Assembly: GCF_001194135.2 (NCBI RefSeq)
Contig: NC_068989.1
Span: 47,924,164 to 47,968,059 of the forward strand
Direction of reading: 5' to 3'
Length of the DNA: 43,896 bases
Source of the DNA: Octopus bimaculoides
Taxonomy: Eukaryota
This document shows positions 10,551 through 22,317 of the stretch, in pieces. The notes under the pieces are model-generated. The model was not told the DNA's origin. It searched no databases and saw only the letters and a program-made list of their open reading frames with translations. Position numbers and translations under genes: made by a program. Positions within the stretch are counted from its first letter, which is position 1. Each line of letters begins with the position of its first letter.

Positions 10551-10923
10551 AAAATTTGCTTACCAACCACATGGCTCCGGGTTCAGTCCTACTGCGTGGC
10601 ACCTTGAGCAAGTGGCTTCTACTATAGTCTCGAGCTGGCCAAAGCCTTATGAGAGGATTTGGCGGACGGAAACTGAAAGAACCCCGTCGTATATGTATAA
10701 ATGTGTGTGTTTGTTTTTGTCCCCCCCCCCACACACACACAATCGCTTGACAACCGATGTTGGTGTGTTTACGTCCCAGTAACTTAGCGGTTTGGCAAAA
10801 GTGACCGATAGAATAAGTAGTAGGCTTACAAAGAATAAGCCCTGGAGTCGATTTGCTCGACTCAAGGCGGTGCTCCGGCATGTCGCAGTCCAGTGACTGA
10901 AACAAATAAAAGAATAAAAGAAT
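10551..10923 (+). mobile_element. SINE family A, slightly 5'-truncated
   Basis: Colinear with 4149-4549 and with the reverse complement of 36475-36880. Confidence 0.9.
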
Positions 10924-11180
10924 TAGCTTCAAATTTTTGTGAGTGATTTGTCCTTTTATGACGTCATGGTTGTCTGGCGTAGGCATAAGTTTTCAAAGCG
11001 AAAATAATAATACCAAACCTGGTACTTGGATGGTACTTATTATATTGATAGGCGCCTCGGTAGGGATGAAACGCGCGATCCAAAATCAGACTACGAAGTG
11101 TTGCATCTAAATACCATTCGTCATTCTTCTGCCAATCCAGCAGCCCCTAACCATAGATATTTAAAATATAGATTAATAGA

Positions 11181-11335
11181 TATTGATTTCAAATTTTCGC
11201 ACCTGGCCAGCAATTTCTAGGGAAGGAGTAAGTCGATTACATCGATTCCAGTGTTCAACTAGTTCTTATTTTATCAACCGCAAAATGATAAAGGGAAAAT
11301 TCGACAACAGCACAATTTGAACACAGCGTGAAAAT
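11181..11335 (-). mobile_element. SINE family C, partial (a weaker piece lies at ~11015-11150)
   Basis: ggagtaagtcgattacatcgattccagtgttcaactagttcttattttatc matches the family C antisense block. Confidence 0.7.
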
Positions 11336-12459
11336 TTTGATAAATATTAACAAGATGTGTGACGTGCCAAAAGAAAAAACACGGATATATGACAGTGGAT
11401 AGTTAATGGAGTTCCATCAGAAAACTCTTTCTCTTTTCATATCGTGGGAAACCTTTTCAACCTTCTATCACCAAAATTCATATCTCATTGAATGTTCTCC
11501 GTATTACATACTGCACTTCATTTATGAATTCCTGGCAGACGAGTTTACTCTTCACAGCATATAGTATGACGACTCTTAACAGAATCTTTTTCTCTTGTGT
11601 TATCTCAACCCAAATAAGGAAATTGTGAAGATTTTCATCATTACAATAGCGAACTGCATTGGTCTCTTATTGTCAGAGGGAGCCAGTTACATACACTTCT
11701 ATCTCCGTCTATCAGAAAGAACATATTCTCCTTCCTCGCTTCACTTATTGCAGTTCCTTCTATAGTCGCATTAGCCACTGTATCCAGACGCTTTTCGTCC
11801 CATTTCTCCCACATTTCTCAAATACGACAACTTAAATCTGTTCAAACTAATCTTCAGCTGCAATATCTTGCCCATGATCTTTCACAGATAGGAACTACAA
11901 ACATCATGAGCACCTTTCTTTACTCGAGACCGAGCACATGAAACAGAAGTGTCAGTGATATTTAAATGTTTAAATGTCCGGAATGAGTAACCATTAATGC
12001 GATTATACGATTTGTTGGGGACTCTTAACCTCATGTTTAGATTCGAAAATGCTACATTTGAAAAAGAATTAACGTAGTTTATGCTTTTTAAGAAACATTT
12101 ATTTTATTAAAGATGATTTCTCTGAATATTTTACTTCAGTCTGCATGTATTATAATTTACCAAGATATGTATCTGTTATAACGCATCAAAAAAAAAAAAG
12201 AGAGAGAGAGACGCGTCTCCATATTCTACGTATTCATTTATAGAGATTGAATGTTTCGCTTTTCTTCCATTCCTCGATAAGCTTTATTTTGCTATGTATT
12301 AACAACTCTACTCTACATATCACAGAAACTGATGGCAAAATTAGAATACCCCATATTTCATTTTGTTTTGTTCTGTTTTGGCTTTCGTTTCTGTTTTGGG
12401 GAGATTCGTATACTAAATGTCGAAAATCCAACAGCAAGATGTGGATATAACTTTTACAC

Positions 12460-12513
12460 ACAAGCATATAAATGTATACAAGCATATAAATGTATACAAG
12501 CATATAAATGCAT
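12460..12513. repeat. 18-bp minisatellite (acaagcatataaatgtat) x3
   Basis: Direct reading. Confidence 0.9.
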
Positions 12514-12902
12514 AAAATGCATGCAGAGATGCGATTAACTAATCATTATTACTTTCTTTTACTTGCTAATCTCAGAATATCAATAATTTCTTAGTTGTTT
12601 CACATTTCATATAATACACATTGATTAGGGAGGCGGTGGAGTTTTATTAATCGGGAAAAGCTGTAGCTGTGCAAAGAACTAGCTCTATGCGTCGATAACT
12701 TTCTTAACCCATGCCAAGCTGAATAGCTAATGTTACTATAAAGATACATGACAATAGGAGCACAGATAATAAGATATGTGATAAAATTGTATACATAAAC
12801 ACACACACACACACATAAATGTTTATATTATGAAAATGTGAAGTCTTTGAGAAAATGTGATGCAAATAACTTTAAGGGTGAATCATGAAGTGGATACACC
12901 AA

Positions 12903-13126
12903 TAAATAATCCTTTTTACTATAGGTGTACAAAGCCTGAAATTTGGGTGAAGGGGTTAAGTCGATTACAACGACTCCAGCACTAGACTGGTCCTTATCTT
13001 ATCGATAGCGAAAGGATGAAAGGGAAAGTCGACTGCGGCGGAATTTTAACTCAGAATATAAAGACGGACCAAATGCCGCTAAGAATTTTGTCCGGTCTGC
13101 TAACGGTTCTGTCAGCTTGCGGTGTT
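12903..13126 (-). mobile_element. SINE family C, full length
   Basis: Reverse complement aligns end to end with 8548-8762. Confidence 0.85.
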
Positions 13127-13691
13127 ATGCATTTATAAATAATTTCATGAAATATAATGAGTTAAAAATACATTTCACAGAAAAAGGGTCGAAGACTGCC
13201 TGCAGGATATTATCTTTTCTTCCATTCTAGAGATTTTACCCGATATATTACATGCTCTTATTTATAGCTCCATACTGGTAGATGTCTGGTATTGTAATAC
13301 CGTATTACTTGGTTGGAATCATAAGTTGGATATGTCGCAGTGTGCATATAAACTACAAAACAGGATTCATTGTTTATAAAATATTTAGTTGCACCATCTT
13401 ACGTGTGCTGCATTCAAAAAGGAATGAATTTAGTTATGTAATGTAAATTACATCATCAAATTGTATTGTCAGTCTCCAGAGATGCGTAACTTTAATTCGT
13501 AATATTACTGGACAAGTGACAAGATTGCCATCACTGTATATGTAAACAACTGATGCAATTTCATTATAAAATTTGCATTGTATAAGTTATAATGATTGTT
13601 CATTGATGAAATACGTATATACATAAACATGTATATACATACATATGCATAAAATATTTATGTATGTTCACGTGTATGTGTGTATTAGGAA

Positions 13692-14007
13692 GACGCATAA
13701 CTTAGTGTATTCAGCTCGGCTCATGATCGTAAGGTTATGAGATCGATGCCCGGTGACGTGTTTTATCCTTGAACAAAACACTCTATTGCACGTTGCTCCA
13801 GTACATTCATCCGGCAAAAATTACTTGTGCCTGTCGTTCATCGGCCACACCTGTCACACTCTGTATCACATTGAATCTCCCTGAGAACTACGTTAAGGGT
13901 GCGCATGTCTGTGGAGGGGTCAGCCACATGCCCGCTAATTTCATTAACATTTAGTTCACGGACAAACCAACTGGATCACTCGTCATCGTAACCGATGAAG
14001 TGGCCAG
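13692..14007 (+). mobile_element. SINE family B
   Basis: Colinear with 2444-2758 and 24391-24707. Confidence 0.85.
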
Positions 14008-14014
14008 CATATAC

Positions 14015-14112
<98 letters not shown>
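14015..14112. repeat. (TATC)n directly abutting (GATA)n: perfect palindrome centred at 14044/14045
   Basis: 30 nt of ctatct... followed by its exact reverse complement; GATA continues to 14112. Confidence 0.95.
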
Positions 14113-14113
<1 letters not shown>

Positions 14114-14367
14114 TGTTTCTTTATTAGCCACACAGGGCTTAACATAGAAGGGACAAAATACAAATGTAGAGTTTTTCTTTTGAAGGGGGGGCGAAAACAA
14201 AGCAGAAAAAAAAACAAACAAAAGTGGGGACAACGATGAAAAAAAACATCGCAAAACGTTTGGGGTACTTACAAAAAATACGAAATAATACAGAAAATTC
14301 CCAATAAATGGGGAGGTTATCCGTGGAAAGAAAAACCTACGAAAAGACCACGGTAACCTCGGTCCTT
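14113..14367 (-). mobile_element. 3' UTR of a 5'-truncated LINE (probably L1/Tx1-like) ending in agccctgtgtggctaataaagaaa + (TATC)n
   Basis: PolyA-type AATAAA directly before the repeat tail and a T-rich UTR; the same terminus recurs at 42735-42759. The clade call is from memory of octopus repeats. Confidence 0.6.
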
Positions 14368-14447
14368 AGTGTCACCATTTGTTAAATAAAATTTCTTTTA
14401 TTTATGCAAGAAACGTAAGCAACTCTCTATTTACAAAATTTTAAAAC

Positions 14448-14510
<63 letters not shown>

Positions 14511-14512
14511 CA
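14448..14512. repeat. (GATA)n microsatellite
   Basis: Direct reading. Confidence 0.95.
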
Positions 14513-15206
14513 GACATGCTTTATATGCGTAGTTATGTTTGGATATTTTTGTGTAATTGTGAGCATGCGCATTACTAAGTTAATATATAGCGAAAATAAA
14601 TTCATGAATATGTGTTATGTATGTATATACAAAAAAGAGCATAAATACTAGTATTAACAAACATACACATACATACATATATGTGCGTGTATGTTCCTAA
14701 GTGTGTAAATGTCTTTGCATGTACGTGCATTTGTAGGTATGCTTATATGTATATTTATTTATATGCGCATAAGATATACCATAGTGATTATATACGTGTT
14801 TTAAACCTTATATTTCGTGTACACTTGAGAATATTACATAGAAAACATGACATGCCATTTAACAAACAACATCAAACGTTATCATATATTTTGTTTTCAG
14901 TGTGTTAATTAACTTTCTTAGCAAAACTCGAAACCTATTAATCATAAGGGAAATACAATATTTGTCAACAAACTTCTACATTATATAAGAATTAACATAT
15001 GCAGCACTAACGGAAGAAATTGCATTCCAGGAACTGATCGGGATCAATTACATTTTTTGCATCAAGTATTCAGGAAAATGTAATCGTTGATACAGATATA
15101 TTTAATTAAATGTCCTTTTTCTTAATTACGAAATTATTCTTTTGCAGTTTTAGTCATCTACAAGTAAACTTTCTAGTTAAATTACATACCCTTATGTGTG
15201 TGTGTT

Positions 15207-15245
<39 letters not shown>

Positions 15246-15418
15246 AAATGAACGTGTATTTTTCCAATGTGTACAAATAACACGGAAAAAATAAATAAAT
15301 AGTTACCAGAATAGCAAAAATTCACATAAGTACCAAGGATGTAACGGCCTACTTATAAAGATAGAAATTCCAGGGTTTAGTTAAATGATTTTATATGGCG
15401 TAGATAAATAAACAAATG

Positions 15419-15516
15419 GAGTTAAACGCAAATGTTATTCAAATCTTTATACTTCCAACTTATGTTTCGAAACATTTCGGAAGTATAACGATTTGAATAA
15501 CACCTGCATTTAACTC
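15419..15516. repeat. Hairpin: 38-bp arms with 4 mismatches around a loop containing the palindrome atgtttcgaaacat
   Basis: gagttaaacgcaaatgttattcaaatctttatacttcc versus the reverse complement of ggaagtataacgatttgaataacacctgcatttaactc. Confidence 0.9.
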
Positions 15517-15797
15517 NNNNNNNNNNNNNNNNNNNNNNNNNNNNNNNNNNNNNNNNNNNNNNNNNNNNNNNNNNNNNNNNNNNNNNNNNNNNNNNNNNNN
15601 NNNNNNNNNNNNNNNNNNNNNNNNNNNNNNNNNNNNNNNNNNNNNNNNNNNNNNNNNNNNNNNNNNNNNNNNNNNNNNNNNNNNNNNNNNNNNNNNNNNN
15701 NNNNNNNNNNNNNNNNNNNNNNNNNNNNNNNNNNNNNNNNNNNNNNNNNNNNNNNNNNNNNNNNNNNNNNNNATATATATATATATATACATACATA

Positions 15798-16000
15798 TAA
15801 GGGTTGAAATTTATAGAAAAACAAAAACCGAAGACAGGTGTATGAACAACAAGAAGTGTATTAGTTTGACGCTCGGGAAAAATGAAAAAAAAACGTCTTT
15901 TACGTTTAGGGCCTACGCTCTTCAGCAGAAAGGAATAAAAGTAAAGAAAATAGACAGAGAATGAAAAAATTTGTAGACTTCAGCGGTCCAACATGGCGAA
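15798..16000 (-). mobile_element. Penelope-like element terminus with a degenerate hammerhead motif (15896-15933)
   Basis: Homologous to 20051-20300 (gacagg..tgt...aacaa...tattagt.tgacgctcgggaa...gtcttt.acgttt...ctacgctcttca.cagaaag). Confidence 0.65.
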
Positions 16001-16592
16001 TGGCTTATTTAAAACAGTTTGATTCGGAACAGTTCGATTCGGCCCCAAGCAAATTAAAGTTCGTAGGCTCCTTGCAGAAACCCATCTCATCGAATTGAGC
16101 TATGCCGGAAGTCCAAGAGGTCTAGCAGATCCTGGGCTTCTATTGGTTAGGACGGATTATATGATATTATCAGAAGTGAGATCGACATACCAGTGACACC
16201 AAATGCGTTGAAAAAGAGAATTTCTAGGAATGCGTGGCTGGACAAGAAGCTGATGGTGTCTTGTTGCCTGGCCCGTCTTTGAAAGGACTAACGGAATATG
16301 AGATATGTGTTCGGTGTGTATGTGTATGGCAGCTGTATGAATGCGTAGATTGGGTATCTAATGCGTATGTGTATGTATCTCTTATGCCTGTGGGAAGGCT
16401 CATGTGTGTAAACTATAGTGTGGATGAGAGCTGGTGGCATCAGCTCCTTGGTGCGTATGTTCGTGTTTGCTAGGGAGTGTAATTACCTGTGCGGGTGCGC
16501 ATTAATTATTTGTGAGTACTTGCCGGTGCGAATATGCGACAGCTGTGTATATCAGAATTCCGTTGTTTTTACTTTATTGATAAGATAAAGGA

Positions 16593-16593
<1 letters not shown>

Positions 16594-16662
<69 letters not shown>
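16594..16662. repeat. (GA)n microsatellite
   Basis: Direct reading. Confidence 0.95.
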
Positions 16663-16666
<4 letters not shown>

Positions 16667-16950
16667 AGGAGACCAGAGTGGTAACGCGTATTATTCTGGA
16701 ACAGGTAGGAACGAGAGAAATTGCTCGTTAGAAAATGCTTTGGAGAGAATTTAAACCAACACTCCTAAAAAGTTTTTAGAACGATCGGAGATATATGCAT
16801 TCATCTATTGAGCAATTTCTTTCACTCAGTTACGCCCATAGTGGTATAATAATATTGAACTAGTATATATACATACATATATACAGATAGATTTAGTTAT
16901 CGATATGGACGTAAATACATATATATATGTGTGTGTGTGCCTGTGCGTGA

Positions 16951-17010
<60 letters not shown>

Positions 17011-17780
17011 TGAATTATTCGGCAATTAGATGTATGTGATAATTAACAAATATTTAATTGTCTAGGCGACTTAATATATCCAGTATTGTTAAATATTGAT
17101 AAGTTTTCATTACTAAGTTTCACATCAAAGAAGGGTTCACCAAGTAACATATCAAAGGATATATAATATGTTAACGGATTATTGTCGGCATGCTGTAAAT
17201 ATCGGACTGATAAAACTTTTGTTTCCATCCAGAAGATCAATAAGGTTATTTCATCTGTTGTAATTTACCACTTAGTGTATAGCTCCACGGTGCTAATTTA
17301 GATACTTCCGCACTTTGTTCCAGATACCCTTTTAAAAATTTTTTGTATTGCAGAATATTCTTCTGTTTTGCACTGTTGGCACTTTGTTGTGCCGCTTATG
17401 TTCAGCGTTCTGTTTTGTCATTGACCAGTCAATATTAAAGGAGTTAATACATTAGTCTCCGAGTTTGCATACCAGACAGGATGGCGCTAACGTAATAATT
17501 TGTTCCTAGTTCTCCGAGTACGTCTATGAACGTGTTTTGCATCTGCCTTCGCTTACACCGATATAGTATACATTGGTGACGCTTAGTAACTTTTCCATTT
17601 TTTATAGCATAACTATGCTACAGAAAGTAAGTTTTGCACCTATATTGTCTACATTCCATTTCGCTTCAACTTCGTATGTGCGCATTTTGCTGTTTTTCAC
17701 TATTATCAATTCTATGAGTGTGTGTGTGTGTGTGTGTGTGTGTTTCTGCGTTCCTTAAATCTATAGTAAATTATAGTAAA

Positions 17781-18065
17781 GAACATTTTACGCTGATTTA
17801 ATGAGCCAACATCTAATGAAGTAGCCATCCTTATGGTTGGTGATCCCATTGAAAATCATGATATTCTCATTCGTGTTCAAGATTTTACAACCTTAAACGT
17901 GTTTCACAGACTCATCCCTCTTATGATGCTCTCCAGTATACTCTTATTCTGTGGAATAGATAAGATGGGTGTCATTTCAATATTCCAAGGATTGAACCTT
18001 CAACAGGTTAGCCAATTACAAACAAAAAGGTGTCGTCAAATGAGTTCTATTCTTACCAACTGAAC
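17781..18065 (+). pseudogene. Helitron Rep-helicase (RepHel) fragment with a frameshift and stops
   Basis: FNEPTSNEVAILMVGD...HDILI / LKRVSQTHPSYDALQYTLILWNR*DGCHFNIP...KKVSSNEFYSYQL matches the Helitron motifs N.PT..EVA, SYD.LQYPL.F..GEDG and KVS..FY.Y. Confidence 0.9.
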
Positions 18066-18905
18066 AATCAAATCAATCAAATCAATTACACAAGTCAAAT
18101 AAACTTTATTTTCAATTACATATTTTCTACGTTATCTCAACAACCAGCTATAGTTATTTCAAATACACTCCTCTACAACGAACAGGTTTCATTACAAAAT
18201 GAAAATAGTTTCACAGTTTTAATTTGAACCAAAATTACAGTATTGCATTACGAGAGTGACGATGTGTGAATATAAAAGTAATGTTTCTCCGAATTAGTCA
18301 CGTGTATTATAATAAAACTGCTTATTATCTATCTACCAAATTATGTTTTTGACTCAAGAACTCTTTTTTACAACTAAAATAACATCGACAACTAGTTTGG
18401 ATCGCGCAATTTTGAGGTCATATTCGGACTATATTTCGATTTGCTTCCAATGCTTCATTTTCGCCCGATGTTTCACGCATGCGTAGAATTCTACTCAAAC
18501 AAACATTTATGAAAATGTATACATAAATATTGTATTAACATAAGCCACAATAAAAAAAATTGCATTAAAAAACTTACATTTTTTTATATGTTATGAGGAA
18601 ATGCAGTCACATACACACACACACACTCTCTCTCTCTCTCTCTCTCTCTCTTCTGTCTCTATCTCTCGCACAAAAAAGATGTATGCATATGTATTTATGG
18701 GTGAAGGTAAAGAATACGCACTCCCGGTGATTAGTGCTAGGGTTACGCTGAAAACGGGCGGTGTGCCTATTCTTTACATCCGGTCTGTACGTATGTATGA
18801 AAGATGCGTGAAAGAGAGAGAGAGAGACAGATAGAGAGAGAGACATAAATAGAGAGCGATTGAGTTCCACTTACACATACATGCAAAAAAATTCATACAT
18901 CACAA

Positions 18906-18954
<49 letters not shown>

Positions 18955-20050
18955 GCACACACGCGTCCATTTCATATACACGTACCTCTAACACTCTCTC
19001 CTCATTTTCACTTTTTCCTCTCACTTAAAAGCAAATGTCGCCTTTTCACTTTATCCCCTCCTTCAATTTCTGCTCTCTTCAAAGCATGCAAAAATTAAAA
19101 CAGTTTTACGGAAATTAACGAAAATTCAGATTATCCGATATATGTCGAGTTGACAACTTAGCTTTTTGCAACGACAGAAAGCCATAAAATAAATTCTTTT
19201 GACACACATACACACACTCTAGGTAAAACGTCTGTGCGAATTATGTTACTTCTTGCAGTGTGCACGCGCAAATTTACAGCTCAAATCCAATTGAAATGAT
19301 CTTTTTCTATTGCGTAATTTGTGTTTGTGATGAGCGTTCTTAAAAACCTGGTCTTTGATATAAACTTAAAAAGAAGTTTTACCAGAAAACCTGTCCTTTG
19401 TGTCTTCTTTCAAGCATGTCCGAGGTGACATTTCTGTCCCCACCTTATTTTCTTNNNNNNNNNNNNNNNNNNNNNNNNNNNNNNNNNNNNNNNNNNNNNN
19501 NNNNNNNNNNNNNNNNNNNNNNNNNNNNNNNNNNNNNNNNNNNNNNNNNNNNNNNNNNNNNNNNNNNNNNNNNNNNNNNNNNNNNNNNNNNNNNNNNNNN
19601 NNNNNNNNNNNNNNNNNNNNNNNNNNNNNNNNNNNNNNNNNNNNNNNNNNNNNNNNNNNNNNNNNNNNNNNNNNNNNNNNNNNNNNNNNNNNNNNNNNNN
19701 NNNNNNNNNNNNNNNNNNNNNNNNNNNNNNNNNNNNNNNNNNNNNNNNNNNNNNNNNNNNNNNNNNNNNNNNNNNNNNNNNNNNNNNNNNNNNNNNNNNN
19801 NNNNNNNNNNNNNNNNNNNNNNNNNNNNNNNNNNNNNNNNNNNNNNNNNNNNNNNNNNNNNNNNNNNNNNNNNNNNNNNNNNNNNNNNNNNNNNNNNNNN
19901 NNNNNNNNNNNNNNNNNNNNNNNNNNNNNNNNNNNNNNNNNNNNNNNNNNNNNNNNNNNNNNNNNNNNNNNNNNNNNNNNNNNNNNNNNNNNNNNNNNNN
20001 NNNNNNNNNNNNNNNNNNNNNNNNNNNNNNNNNNNNNNNNNNNNNNNNNN

Positions 20051-20300
20051 TATATGGGAGAATATACAAATAATAACAACAGACGAGGACAGGTGGTGTA
20101 AATAACAAAAGTATATATTAGTATGACGCTCGGGAATACGGAAAGTCTTTGACGTTTCGAGCTACGCTCTTCAACAGAAAGAATACGGAGACAAGGAGAA
20201 AGACACGGAGAAAAAAAATTGAATAGTGTTCAGTCAACGGTCAATCATAATAATGGCCGATCATAACAATGACTGACCGGAAGTTAGAAATTCTTATTTC
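20051..20300 (-). mobile_element. Penelope-like element terminus with a minimal hammerhead motif (20146-20182)
   Basis: Minus strand tcttt-CTGTTGA-a-gagc-gta-gctc-GAAAC-GTC-aaaga. Confidence 0.7.
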
Positions 20301-20696
20301 AGGAGAGCTAAGAAAGGGGGAGCTAAATATATATATATATCCCAGATTCGTAATCTCTGTATGTTTCTACGTAGATAACTAAAAAAAAAAAGAAATTCAA
20401 AAATGTTACAAATGAAGAAATTGCCGTGAAGATAAGAGGAAATCAAAATATTGAAAACGTGATTTCTGGACAAAATTGTATTACCCCCCGTTTATATGAT
20501 GAAACAATACATAGTTTCTGGTCCTTCTTAAGAACAGGAAGCACTTTCATGCAAATTACACTTTTAATTCACTTTTAAACAATTCACTTTTAAACACACA
20601 GTAACTTCCATTATTCCATTAACTATATATATCAGCTGTGCCGATTCTGCCCATAAGAAAGGAGCAAATAATACACTGTGCTTGTAGGTCATAACA

Positions 20697-20725
20697 CCCG
20701 GGCAACGCCGAGATGCAATACTAGT
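20697..20725 (+). mobile_element. Helitron 3' terminus (GC-rich mini-hairpin, then CTAG|T)
   Basis: cccgggcaacgccgag-atgcaata-CTAG-t has the canonical 3' end layout. The 5' TC end was not identified. Confidence 0.6.
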
Positions 20726-21350
20726 GTGTGTTTGTATGTGTATGTGTAAATATATATGTGTGTGTGTGTATGTATATATATATATATCTATGTGTGTGTT
20801 TTCATATGTGTATATAGGAATATATACACGATAACAGGATTGGAACATTAATCGAAATTAATCTAAAAACAAAATCAAAATAGAAGGAGCAGACGACAGA
20901 GACCGCCACAACAATTAGACATTACATTTACACTACAATCGTCTGTAATCGATATTGCTATCCTAAATCATATGATTGCTTCTACTGGTTGTTCTGAATG
21001 GCAGTAAGAGGGTGAGTGAATAGTCAGTGAGAGAGAGAGGGGGGGAGAGGGGGAGGGAGAGAGAGAATGATTACGAGACAGAAAGAGAGAAACCTATATT
21101 GACCGATAAAATGAGAGACAAGAGACGTTATTCAATAGAAAAATAACACGTAAAGAGGTAGCTGTTTAGATGGCAGAAAATTAAAATGCAAAACGAAATA
21201 GAAGTGTAGAATAGAATTATAAGTACTGTATGGAAATTAGTGAGACGTGTAAGATCTGAGGTTTGTTTAATTTTCGCTCTTTGGTTTTCTAGAATTATCT
21301 TTCTGTCTATGTGTTTCTTATTACACAGTCTAATCTTTTTTTCATGTTTT

Positions 21351-21353
<3 letters not shown>

Positions 21354-21383
<30 letters not shown>

Positions 21384-21455
21384 TTACTACTACTACTATG
21401 ACTACTACTGCTGCTGGTGGTGGTACTACTATAAACGCTACTACTGCTGCTGCTG
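21354..21455. repeat. (CTA)n/(CTG)n trinucleotide repeat
   Basis: Direct reading. Confidence 0.9.
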
Positions 21456-22004
21456 CTAGAACCACTGCAACTTAATGTTAGTCTCTCTCTCTCTCTCTCT
21501 CTCTCTATTTATATATATATATATACATATATATATATANNNNNNNNNNNNNNNNNNNNNNNNNNNNNNNNNNNNNNNNNNNNNNNNNNNNNNNNNNNNN
21601 NNNNNNNNNNNNNNNNNNNNNNNNNNNNNNNNNNNNNNNNNNNNNNNNNNNNNNNNNNNNNNNNNNNNNNNNNNNNNNNNNNNNNNNNNNNNNNNNNNNN
21701 NNNNNNNNNNNNNNNNNNNNNNNNNNNNNNNNNNNNNNNNNNNNNNNNNNNNNNNNNNNNNNNNNNNNNNNNNNNNNNNNNNNNNNNNNNNNNNNNNNNN
21801 NNNNNNNNNNNNNNNNNNNNNNNNNNNNNNNNNNNNNNNNNNNNNNNNNNNNNNNNNNNNNNNNNNNNNNNNNNNNNNNNNNNNNNNNNNNNNNNNNNNN
21901 NNNNNNNNNNNNNNNNNNNNNNNNNNNNNNNNNNNNNNNNNNNNNNNNNNNNNNNNNNNNNNNNNNNNNNNNNNNNNNNNNNNNNNNNNNNNNNNNNNNN
22001 NNNN

Positions 22005-22053
<49 letters not shown>

Positions 22054-22285
22054 GGGTGTTTCTGTTGTGCGTGTGAGTGTATGTAAACAATACTCACATT
22101 CACTGTTTTTATATGGCTGTTTCTGTCTGTGTAATTAGAATTCTATAATTATATATTCATGTCTCTTTCACTCTATCGAAATTAATATCCATTTGTCCAC
22201 CACGTCATTTTTCGCTGTTTAACATTCTATCCCTTTCTCATCTTCTGTCTGGCCCGTACACCTACACACGTGTGCAGTAAACACT

Positions 22286-22317
<32 letters not shown>

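Noticed and set aside
11400-11960. Possible ancient RTE-like RT remnant on the minus strand (also 32305-32490)
   Set aside because: Only vague motif similarity and many stops; not supportable without a search.
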